From the sequence record LC768500.1: 64,000 nt of DNA; one strand, 5' to 3'. Numbering within the stretch: the first letter of the stretch is position 1; each line of letters starts with the position of its first letter. This DNA comes from Klebsiella phage phiKp_32. Shown here piece after piece: positions 40,667-48,878 of this stretch. Under the pieces are notes generated by a model. That model saw nothing but the letters and a program-made list of their open reading frames with translations. It was not told where the DNA came from and did not search any database. The position numbers and the translations under genes were made by a program.

Positions 40667-41530
40667 GTGAGTCAGTTTTCTTTCGGCAACATTATTCTTG
40701 CCAGCAACGGTAAGAAAGGACTACTAAAGCCGATCGATGATTCTGGTTACTATCTGCTTAACGCGGGGGGATTTAACGTCCCTAACCGTAACGGGATTAA
40801 ATATACTGCCAATCAGTATATTCAAGAGTGTATGTCCGAGGACTCCGATCTCATGCGTCGTATTAAACGCGGTGAGGTTTATGGGGAATGCGGACATCCT
40901 CCTATGTTCTTTTACGAACGCGTCAACGGTGTGATAGTAAGAACCAAGATCACCGATCTGTATCAATGGATCATGCGTCTTAAAACTATCGACATGGACA
41001 GGGCGGCTTTCCACATTCGCAATATCCATTTTGATACTGATGCATGGACCCCTAACAACAACGGTCCAATCTATAACAGTATCGAAGTTAAACCTTACCT
41101 TTCAACGGTGTTTGGTAAGATGTTTGAAGAGAACCTGTTAACGCCTGATATGAATACCTCTGTCTCTATCAGGACGGTCACCGCTCCTCAGCAATTCGGT
41201 CATAAGTCTCGTGAGGTCGAATACTTCACTGGCTACGATTGGGTTTATGAGGCGGGTATGGATTGGGCTAACAAACACATGACTGCCGGATGCGAAGCCT
41301 TCCTGCAAGAAATGGTGTTTGATGAAAAACAATCCATGACGCTGGATACCGATACAGCTATTCAGTTGATCGAAGCAGGGCTGGAGAAGGTAGACAATAT
41401 TCGTAGCGTTGAGGGCGTCGAAGCCTTTGAATCTATCAAAGGACTGCTCGGGTCTCTTAAACGTCACAACGAAGATCGTAAACAGAAACACACCATTTCC
41501 TACGCTTCTAACTGTCTGGATTTATTCTGA
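40667..41530 (+). CDS. hypothetical protein
   Basis: 287-aa ORF (GTG start) followed by hairpin plus T-run terminator 41530-41570. Confidence 0.55.
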   Translation: MSQFSFGNIILASNGKKGLLKPIDDSGYYLLNAGGFNVPNRNGIKYTANQYIQECMSEDSDLMRRIKRGEVYGECGHPPMFFYERVNGVIVRTKITDLYQWIMRLKTIDMDRAAFHIRNIHFDTDAWTPNNNGPIYNSIEVKPYLSTVFGKMFEENLLTPDMNTSVSIRTVTAPQQFGHKSREVEYFTGYDWVYEAGMDWANKHMTAGCEAFLQEMVFDEKQSMTLDTDTAIQLIEAGLEKVDNIRSVEGVEAFESIKGLLGSLKRHNEDRKQKHTISYASNCLDLF

Positions 41531-41570
41531 TAATAACTGGAGGGGGAAACCCCTCCAGTTATTTTTTACT
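41530..41570 (+). terminator. rho-independent terminator TAACTGGAGGGGGAAACCCCTCCAGTTATTTTTT
   Basis: GC hairpin followed by a T-run. Confidence 0.65.
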
Positions 41571-41616
41571 CACATCCTATTTTTATGTCGACATAACACA
41601 ATAAGCGAGTTTAACC

Positions 41617-42267
41617 ATGTTTAAGAAAGATCTCTCACTCACTCAACTTAACGATCTGGCAGCAATCAATTTTCTGGTAACCGCTCCTCTGGAAGTTAAA
41701 TTGATCAGCAACCTTTACGGTGAGATGGAACGTATTTGGGGTCAGATGCGCGATCAATATGGCGAACATCTCATCGAACGCAATCTCGGGGGCGGGGTTA
41801 AATCTGACGGCGTAAGAGATTATGCCGAGAAACTCACCGTTCTCGTTTTTAACTCCATCGGATCATTCCAGCGTGGCCTGTCAAAGAAAACCATCGGTGA
41901 TAAAAATGATGAAGCGACGACGCTCATTCGTCGTGTACCCGCATACACCGATCTGTCGAACGAAAAACTTTTCAAGATCTTCATGATCAATCTATTCGGT
42001 TACGACGAAGATCTTATCGCAATCTCTTTTGCGACTAACGATAAAGATCGTAGCAAACTGCTCTTCCGATACATCCTCAATCGTTTTGACGTCGTTCGTA
42101 ACAATCCTGAGTCCGAAGAACTTATGGAAGGTTTCTATCCTGATAACTTCTTCGAGATCGTTGCCGAAAGACCAAGCGACGTTTATCAGGAATGTTTCGC
42201 GTACATCGTGGAACAGGGTTATCCGGTCATGAAAGCGCTGCAGTACTACGCGTCCTCATTACGCTAA
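41617..42267 (+). CDS. hypothetical protein
   Basis: 216-aa ORF. Confidence 0.55.
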   Translation: MFKKDLSLTQLNDLAAINFLVTAPLEVKLISNLYGEMERIWGQMRDQYGEHLIERNLGGGVKSDGVRDYAEKLTVLVFNSIGSFQRGLSKKTIGDKNDEATTLIRRVPAYTDLSNEKLFKIFMINLFGYDEDLIAISFATNDKDRSKLLFRYILNRFDVVRNNPESEELMEGFYPDNFFEIVAERPSDVYQECFAYIVEQGYPVMKALQYYASSLR

Positions 42268-42397
42268 AAGTTTTAAGACCTATATAACTAAGGTGAGGCA
42301 AACACAGACAAAACAGTCTGGGTGATGTTGTAACATCATCTTTTTGTTTCCTCATCTTTCTTATTTTAACATCCAATTTATTATCGAGGACCGAAGA

Positions 42398-42841
42398 GTG
42401 AGCAAACTTAACAAAACTTATGCTGAATCCCAAACTGCCGCTATCGCCAATCTGACCGAACACGCGAGCTACGACAAAGCAACGGCGCACACTACCTTTT
42501 CAGCAGAAAAGTTTTCTTTGCCTGAAGGGGTAACCCCTGAAAGTATTAAGACGCACAAAGATCTCTTCATTGACATCACCGGTGCGATCGAAGAAGCTAC
42601 CGCGCAACAAACGCTGGCTGCTCATAAGGCCGATGAAAAAATTCTCACCACCACGGGTTCTCTGGAACTGGGCGGGGTCGTCTTTACCTCTCAACACCAC
42701 CTGAAACAAAAAGTAGGGGAGCACGAACTGTTCGGCGGGAGTGTAACCAGCGTCGATTACATCTATTCTCCTGAAGCGACCGAATGGGCGGCAAGCATGC
42801 GCGCCAATAACGCGAGTATCGCCGAAGATCTTTTTAAATAA
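42398..42841 (+). CDS. hypothetical protein (GTG 42398 preferred over ATG 42344)
   Basis: RBS GAGGA 7 nt upstream of GTG; hairpin 42850-42880 follows. Confidence 0.5.
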   Translation: MSKLNKTYAESQTAAIANLTEHASYDKATAHTTFSAEKFSLPEGVTPESIKTHKDLFIDITGAIEEATAQQTLAAHKADEKILTTTGSLELGGVVFTSQHHLKQKVGEHELFGGSVTSVDYIYSPEATEWAASMRANNASIAEDLFK

Positions 42842-42911
42842 GGCATTCTTACTCCTGCCCTAAGGGCAGGAGTAAATAAGGCGTTTTATTTTTTTAGGGG
42901 AAGAAAGTAGA

Positions 42912-43190
42912 ATGGCTTCTAAGTCAACCACAAGAATCTACGAACTTGCTGATGGTGGGATTCGGATTGGGTTTGTGAGAAATGAAGGATCGATCAAGGT
43001 TAAGGTAGAACAGTTTGACCGAGAGCGCAAACTCATGAATCTGTATGGCGCAACCATCCATATTTTAGAAAAAGCGGGCGCCATCACTGAACTAAGAAAA
43101 GTATTAGGTAAACAATTTCCGCGTTGGGGATTCGACATGAATCCCGAAGCAAAGGAAGACATCGTGCTTACTTTTATCAAATTGTTCTAG
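42912..43190 (+). CDS. hypothetical protein
   Basis: 92-aa ORF, RBS GGGGAAGAAAG. Confidence 0.5.
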   Translation: MASKSTTRIYELADGGIRIGFVRNEGSIKVKVEQFDRERKLMNLYGATIHILEKAGAITELRKVLGKQFPRWGFDMNPEAKEDIVLTFIKLF

Positions 43191-43309
43191 TATTTTATGG
43201 TAGGGGTGCTTTGGGCACTCCTACTGGACTCATCATGCATTTTAATTCAACACACAAAAAGAATGAGACCTGTACTATTAAAGTAAGAACAATGATAGGA
43301 GTTGCTTTC

Positions 43310-43993
43310 ATGGATTCAATAAGCTGGTACGGAAAATTTAAAGCAGTAACCGAGGATTTGATTCCGGTTGATCTTTTACGGTACTGCTTATGGTCGATCA
43401 CCTTTAATGACAAAGCGCATGATTTGAATCACGTTTATCATGTTTGTAAACAAGGGAACGATCTTGCATTATTACAAGATTACGATGACCACTGGCGAAG
43501 CCTAGTATTGGCCGGTTGCCTGCTTCACGACATTGGGTGTCGTTACGATCGTAAAACCCATCATCTCATAGCGTATGGGTTGGTCTTCGATTTAACCCAT
43601 CGTTATTGCACCGGACACTATTCGCCAGAAGAGACATTGATCATTGCGAAAAGTTGTCTGGAGCACAGAGCAAGCTGGGAGGGTGATTTCAGTCATCCTA
43701 TTTCAGAGACCGTCGCTCTGGCCGACAGAGGTATTCCTGATTTCGAGTTATACTGCAAACGAGCCGTTCAGTTCAGGTTAGATCAAAACCTGACTGAAGA
43801 TGTTTTGGTAGAAGAAGTTCGCGTTCACATGTTAGACAAGTTCCTACCTAAGACGGGTTACGTCTGGAAAAACTATCCTGAATTAGGATTGTCTTTATAT
43901 GAACAAGAATGGAAAGTGTTCCACGATAAACTTAAAGATGAAGCTGTCTTTAGAGAGGCTGTACTAGAAGCGTACCGTAAATTAAAATCTTAA
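43310..43993 (+). CDS. HD-domain (metal-dependent phosphohydrolase-like) protein
   Basis: ..KAHDLNHVYHV.. and ..GCLLHDIGCRYDRKTHHL.. H/HD motifs; TAGGAG RBS 8 nt before ATG 43310. Confidence 0.45.
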   Translation: MDSISWYGKFKAVTEDLIPVDLLRYCLWSITFNDKAHDLNHVYHVCKQGNDLALLQDYDDHWRSLVLAGCLLHDIGCRYDRKTHHLIAYGLVFDLTHRYCTGHYSPEETLIIAKSCLEHRASWEGDFSHPISETVALADRGIPDFELYCKRAVQFRLDQNLTEDVLVEEVRVHMLDKFLPKTGYVWKNYPELGLSLYEQEWKVFHDKLKDEAVFREAVLEAYRKLKS

Positions 43994-44050
43994 TCTATAT
44001 TGTTAACGTCCTCATAAGGGACGTTAACAATAACCTACGAGGAAATCACT

Positions 44051-44545
44051 ATGATTATTTTACTTGCTGTTTTTGCTATTATCCTTTGTATTGGTTTTTG
44101 TTATAAAAAGATCAATATCAAAAACGACATCGGAATCAAGGTTAACAACGCCACAAAGATGGTCATCAATATTAACCTTGGTAAAATTAAAGGCGAATTC
44201 AAGATCGTTAAACACAGTCGCTGTTTCAAACCCAGAGTCTCTCCTGGTCTAAATGGATTGGTTTATACCGTCCCTGTGTTTTGTACGTTATCTGAATTCA
44301 TCACCGGCTTATATTCTGAAGAAATAAGACCTTACGACAAACAAAAAGATAAACACCTCTTAGACGTCGTCAGAGCCATCGTAGGGGCCGAATTAAAGGA
44401 CGATGGTATGATTGCCTTATTCGACGACACGACCCTTTGTGAGACCGTAGAGAGAGCCAGAGAGTCATTTGTGATGAATAAGGATTATTTCTTCTCTGAG
44501 AAGGGGTGGAACCGAGGCAATGTTATTGCACCTATCAACCTTTAA
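44051..44545 (+). CDS. hypothetical membrane protein (N-terminal TM)
   Basis: MIILLAVFAIILCIGFCY hydrophobic N-terminus. Confidence 0.5.
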   Translation: MIILLAVFAIILCIGFCYKKINIKNDIGIKVNNATKMVININLGKIKGEFKIVKHSRCFKPRVSPGLNGLVYTVPVFCTLSEFITGLYSEEIRPYDKQKDKHLLDVVRAIVGAELKDDGMIALFDDTTLCETVERARESFVMNKDYFFSEKGWNRGNVIAPINL

Positions 44546-44559
44546 TTAAGGATTTTAAA

Positions 44560-44700
44560 ATGTCTGACATGTTTGACGTGGATCAACTCAACAACCTGAA
44601 CCTGGAAGCGGTTGAAGAGAAAGTCGAATCTCTTCGTGATGGTGGCGGTGAAGTTGTCGAGGCTTCCGATGAATGTGAAGGCGGCGCCTGCAAAATTTAA
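44560..44700 (+). CDS. small acidic protein (46 aa)
   Basis: RBS TAAGGA 7 nt upstream; followed by the strong terminator 44708-44760. Confidence 0.4.
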   Translation: MSDMFDVDQLNNLNLEAVEEKVESLRDGGGEVVEASDECEGGACKI

Positions 44701-44707
44701 AACGTGT

Positions 44708-44760
44708 AATAACTCCTACTCCCCATGCGGGGAGTAGGAGTTAGCAGTACTTATTTTTTT
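44708..44760 (+). terminator. rho-independent terminator AACTCCTACTCCCCATGCGGGGAGTAGGAGTT plus T11
   Basis: 14-bp GC-rich stem followed by a T-run. Confidence 0.75.
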
Positions 44761-44764
44761 TTTC

Positions 44765-45661
44765 TTACAGCATGTATTCAGGAGCGGTAACTTTAGCCGC
44801 TTCACGAGTCATCGCAGCAAGAGTACCAGAATCGGTAAGACTCTGGAGAATCGCCGTAGGCTGTAGGAATCCGGATTCGGCACCGCGACCAGCTGGGTTA
44901 TACATCGGGAGTTTGCTCAGGAAAGAACGAGCAATCTCTTTAGCGGCCTGGGTATCGAAATCGATCAGACCGGTGTATTCCATGTTGATGTCACGCATCT
45001 GACCGGCTTCGTCTTTGTTACGACGCATCTGGATTTCAACGGTGTTACGCGGCATGATACCTACTGCAAGAGCAGCATGGGCAACATCACGCATATTACG
45101 CGTCGGTTCCAGATAAATGTTCGCACAAGAGATTTGGTCGATCAGGAGATCGCCTGGATCGTCGAGGATAACCGCACGAGGATGGCCCAGATCCGGATCG
45201 TTCAAACCATACAGAGACCAGGAACGATGGAGGTTAGTATAAACCTCACCTTCGATATCCACGCCAGCATGGTTGATAACACCGAGGGTACGAGTACCGC
45301 CCGACGGCACTGAGAATACACGGCCAGAGAAACGCTGTTCTGCGAATTCGGTCTCAATACGTTCAGAGAGACCGGTGATTTCACGACTACGCGTTTCAAA
45401 CCAGGATTTCGCCAGTGAGTGGAGGATGTTACCTGCCGGCATACGGCTAAACAACGCAGGGGTACTGATACAGAAGCACCAGGTCTGCTGCTGAATATGC
45501 GGATGCTCGGAGACCATGTTGGCGATATTGGGAGCCCAGCCATACTGGCCCCCTTGAGGGCCATTCAGAACATGACGGTCGCCCACGCCGAACGCAGAGT
45601 ACCATTCAGAACTCCCAGGTACCAGCGTGCTTGTGTTCCTAAACGGAGTGTTGCTTGACAT
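44765..45661 (-). CDS. putative tail tube protein (298 aa); alternative: other major virion protein
   Basis: Immediately downstream of the 719-aa gene in a two-gene minus-strand operon; size and neighbourhood (three genes from terL) resemble phiKZ gp29/gp30. Confidence 0.35.
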   Translation of the reverse strand: MSSNTPFRNTSTLVPGSSEWYSAFGVGDRHVLNGPQGGQYGWAPNIANMVSEHPHIQQQTWCFCISTPALFSRMPAGNILHSLAKSWFETRSREITGLSERIETEFAEQRFSGRVFSVPSGGTRTLGVINHAGVDIEGEVYTNLHRSWSLYGLNDPDLGHPRAVILDDPGDLLIDQISCANIYLEPTRNMRDVAHAALAVGIMPRNTVEIQMRRNKDEAGQMRDINMEYTGLIDFDTQAAKEIARSFLSKLPMYNPAGRGAESGFLQPTAILQSLTDSGTLAAMTREAAKVTAPEYML

Positions 45662-45676
45662 TTAGAGTCACCTTAC

Positions 45677-47836
45677 TTAGGAGTTAGTGGTATCGAGATC
45701 TTCTTCGTTATACGCAGCAAGACTCATGTTCATCATGTACTTACCTTTACGGAACCAGACGTTGGCAACGCTGTTCAGAACAGCTCGGCTACCAGCACCG
45801 GTTTCGTTGTAAGTGCAGTCAACCCGGAGGTCTTTGAACATGGTACCCATACGACGACGGATAGCTGCTTCAGAAGTATCTTTGACGGTTGACGCATAAG
45901 TTGTAGCATCAATGGTCGTATCACCGGATACCAGTGTCCACGCATCGGCTACGATCTTCTCAATACAAACCGCGGTGAAGTTAGTGATCAGGTCCTTCAA
46001 CACGGCGTCGTTATCGTCGTACACTGTTGGAAGTGCAGGACGGTAATACTGAGACGTGTTGTAAGGACGAAGACTGATACCACCTTCATCGAAGTTATTC
46101 GCAGCAGCGTCATCACCTTCGAAGTCCATGGTCGGAGAATGCATCTGGGTCAGAATGCGATTATCGCCATGATCCGGAGAATTCACCGAGCTCAGGTTAC
46201 CGGAGCTGTTACCGCCAAGACGAGCGAAGAAGTAAGCCAGGTCCAGCGTTTGCGGGAATTCAAGGCCGGTGCTTTCGTCGATGATCTTAGCATCCCACAG
46301 GGAGATAGCTGCACGGGACGCCGGAGTGCCGTAAAGCGAAGATTCCGGATACAGACGAATCTTAGTCGCCAGAGACTGCATCATGGAATAACGCTGGGCG
46401 ATGGTGTTGTCTTCCAGCCATTCGGAAGCCTGCAGGATCAGAATCTGATCTTTGCGGGTGTTCCAGAGCTCGATCAGGGCGTTCTTAATATCCAGGTTAT
46501 AACCCACGTCCCAGATAACAGATTGACGGTTGCGCGTCCAATCGTTAACAGTGGATGATTGGGCATAAGCCTTAATATCAGCCAGATACAGAGACTGGGC
46601 TACAGTCCAAGCGTCTTTGATGCTCAGCTGGTCGATATGGCCGTTGTTGGTCGCCGGGTCGAAGTTGTAAGTTCCTTCAACCGGAACTGGCGTAGTCCGG
46701 TCCGCTTTCAGGAACGGAGAGATGCCGCCAGCAGCGTCAATGTAACCGGAGTTAGCGAACGGGTTAGCGTCATCCACCAACATACACGCATAATACGGAA
46801 CGTTGGTATGGTTAGTCAGCGTGAACGGGTTCATCTGACGAATTGGGTTGACACCCGTTACGTTAACAAGCGCTGATTTACCAGCAGCCAATTCCGCCGC
46901 ATACAACGCCGCACAAACTTCCTGGATGTTCTGATCGTAAACCTTGACTTCGTAGAACGGAGCAGGGCGCAGAGTTACCTGACGGTTAACGTTAGCGTTG
47001 GTGAAGTCGCCCACTGCGGTCGCCAGGCTGTAACGAACATCGTACTTGTCTTTGGTGTTGAACAGCGTGTACGTTGCCGATTCACCGCCATTAACGTTGG
47101 AGAAGAAAGTCGGGACGCCCGTAGAAGATTTTACGTACATTCTCATTGAGAACGGGAACACGCCGTATTCTTCAACGAAATCTGACACCGAATCCCAATC
47201 CGTGGAAGCATTGAGGCCCATGGTCAAACCGTGCAGGTTATATGCGTCACCAACACCAGCCGGGAGTTCGAAGAACGGATACTGAGTAAACGTAACTTCT
47301 TCCCCATTCACCGTTTCGGTGAACGTCGATTTTACGAGCTTGCCGTATTCTGGCGTGGTCGGCGCGGTAACGTCGAGCTTAACCAGTTTAACGTAAACGC
47401 CCGGCACCGCGGTACCACCGGTAACAGGGATCAGTTCACCATCGTCGTCGAAAAGATAGCTGCCGTCAGTCGCACGCTGATACTGAGGAATAGATGTACC
47501 GTTCCCGATAGCGATAGCGTAAGCAACACGAGCTACTACGGTGTTGGCGGAAACACGGCGTACACCAAAACCACCCTGACCGCCGGAGGTGATCATCGAG
47601 ATCAGCTGAGATACCGCGGAGTAATAAGGGGTATCAGGATCCAGGATATCGCCGTAAAGATTGGTAAAGTCACTTGAGTTTATGAAACTCTGTCCGAGTT
47701 CACCCTTAGGGGTGACTACGGGAATAACCGGGTAATGACAAGGATACGTAGGCAGAGACGTTACCGGGTTTAAGCGGCTCTTATCGTCCATACCGTTATT
47801 GATGACTTGTCCCGGAATGATTTTTGTAAAGCTCAT
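45677..47836 (-). CDS. putative tail sheath protein (719 aa); alternative: major capsid protein
   Basis: Large abundant-type protein with high-expression codon usage; contains ..TGGTAVPGVYVKL..; paired with a roughly 33-kDa downstream gene. Confidence 0.4.
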   Translation of the reverse strand: MSFTKIIPGQVINNGMDDKSRLNPVTSLPTYPCHYPVIPVVTPKGELGQSFINSSDFTNLYGDILDPDTPYYSAVSQLISMITSGGQGGFGVRRVSANTVVARVAYAIAIGNGTSIPQYQRATDGSYLFDDDGELIPVTGGTAVPGVYVKLVKLDVTAPTTPEYGKLVKSTFTETVNGEEVTFTQYPFFELPAGVGDAYNLHGLTMGLNASTDWDSVSDFVEEYGVFPFSMRMYVKSSTGVPTFFSNVNGGESATYTLFNTKDKYDVRYSLATAVGDFTNANVNRQVTLRPAPFYEVKVYDQNIQEVCAALYAAELAAGKSALVNVTGVNPIRQMNPFTLTNHTNVPYYACMLVDDANPFANSGYIDAAGGISPFLKADRTTPVPVEGTYNFDPATNNGHIDQLSIKDAWTVAQSLYLADIKAYAQSSTVNDWTRNRQSVIWDVGYNLDIKNALIELWNTRKDQILILQASEWLEDNTIAQRYSMMQSLATKIRLYPESSLYGTPASRAAISLWDAKIIDESTGLEFPQTLDLAYFFARLGGNSSGNLSSVNSPDHGDNRILTQMHSPTMDFEGDDAAANNFDEGGISLRPYNTSQYYRPALPTVYDDNDAVLKDLITNFTAVCIEKIVADAWTLVSGDTTIDATTYASTVKDTSEAAIRRRMGTMFKDLRVDCTYNETGAGSRAVLNSVANVWFRKGKYMMNMSLAAYNEEDLDTTNS

Positions 47837-47994
47837 GCTCTAAGCCTCATATTCGGAAAACGTTTTATTAAGATATTTTTTTGATCAAAAAAATATAGAT
47901 GGCCGGCAATCGTATGTCTAGAGTCACCATAAGTTACTCTCGTTTAATTTAACCGAACCCGGCACATAACATTCAACATAAGGAGCGGGGAGTC

Positions 47995-48873
47995 ATGCTT
48001 CTCAACGCATACGAAACCACAGTTGGCAAACCCTTTGCGATCATGGATAAAGTCCAGGGCGTCCTAAAATCGTTAGCGACGATGGATGACTTAGACCATT
48101 CCAGTAAAGAAGGGGTTTATTTCATTACTTATGAAAACGGCAGCCAACTTCCTCTTTTTATTTTCCCTTTAAGTTTATTGGATCATCAGCGTCGTAAAAT
48201 CACCGTTGTTGACAAGCGCCCCTTCTCCAATAAAAAAGACATCATCATTAGCCCTGTGGAATTTATCGGGCAGTTCACCGCGGCGTGCATTCAGCAAGAT
48301 GTGTTTGAAGGAAACTTAAACACCATCAAAAATTCTCGTTATCTGACGACTCGCGGATACGCCAAATCCCTCAGCAATCGCATTGGGCGTCAGAGCGGTT
48401 TAGACCCAAGAGAAATGATTGAGCTCGCCATCATTCTAGGTCACTTCTTTGTGTGTCTCACAGAGAAGCAAAACGACGATTACCAGTTCGTTAGCGCCAA
48501 CGTACTGAAAAATGCGTTGCAATTAGATCAGAGTATGACTCAGCCTATTATTGAAGAGATGGGGTTCATTTCAACCATCCCTGAGCTGACCAAATATATC
48601 GCTGATCGACCGGGCTTTTTCAAACTGAAGAATTTCACCCAAAAAGATTTTATCGGGTTGGGTAGCAACATCATCTTCAGTAACCTCGGCAAACAGGTTG
48701 TTGGTGCAGCTCTGGAACACCCTCCATTATTTACCGGATTATGTTTTATGGCGCTGAAGAACAGAATGTACCTTCAGACTGTTTTGGGTCAGCAAATTGA
48801 TCCTAAGTACAACGAAAGATTAACCGATAGCTTTGTTAAAATGATCAACGGGAATTATCCCGTCCAACTTTAA
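47995..48873 (+). CDS. hypothetical protein
   Basis: 292-aa ORF, RBS AAGGAG. Confidence 0.55.
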   Translation: MLLNAYETTVGKPFAIMDKVQGVLKSLATMDDLDHSSKEGVYFITYENGSQLPLFIFPLSLLDHQRRKITVVDKRPFSNKKDIIISPVEFIGQFTAACIQQDVFEGNLNTIKNSRYLTTRGYAKSLSNRIGRQSGLDPREMIELAIILGHFFVCLTEKQNDDYQFVSANVLKNALQLDQSMTQPIIEEMGFISTIPELTKYIADRPGFFKLKNFTQKDFIGLGSNIIFSNLGKQVVGAALEHPPLFTGLCFMALKNRMYLQTVLGQQIDPKYNERLTDSFVKMINGNYPVQL

Positions 48874-48878
48874 AAGGA

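Noticed and set aside
45202-45564. Small ORFs (44772..45002, 45077..45313, 45202..45564, 45273..45494, 46139..46876, 47046..47677) inside the putative sheath and tube genes
   Set aside because: All are embedded in or antisense to long, well-supported CDSs and lack RBSs.
45677-47836. Major capsid protein call for the 719-aa protein
   Set aside because: Not excluded. Kept as the alternative because the paired 298-aa gene and the terL neighbourhood fit sheath/tube better.
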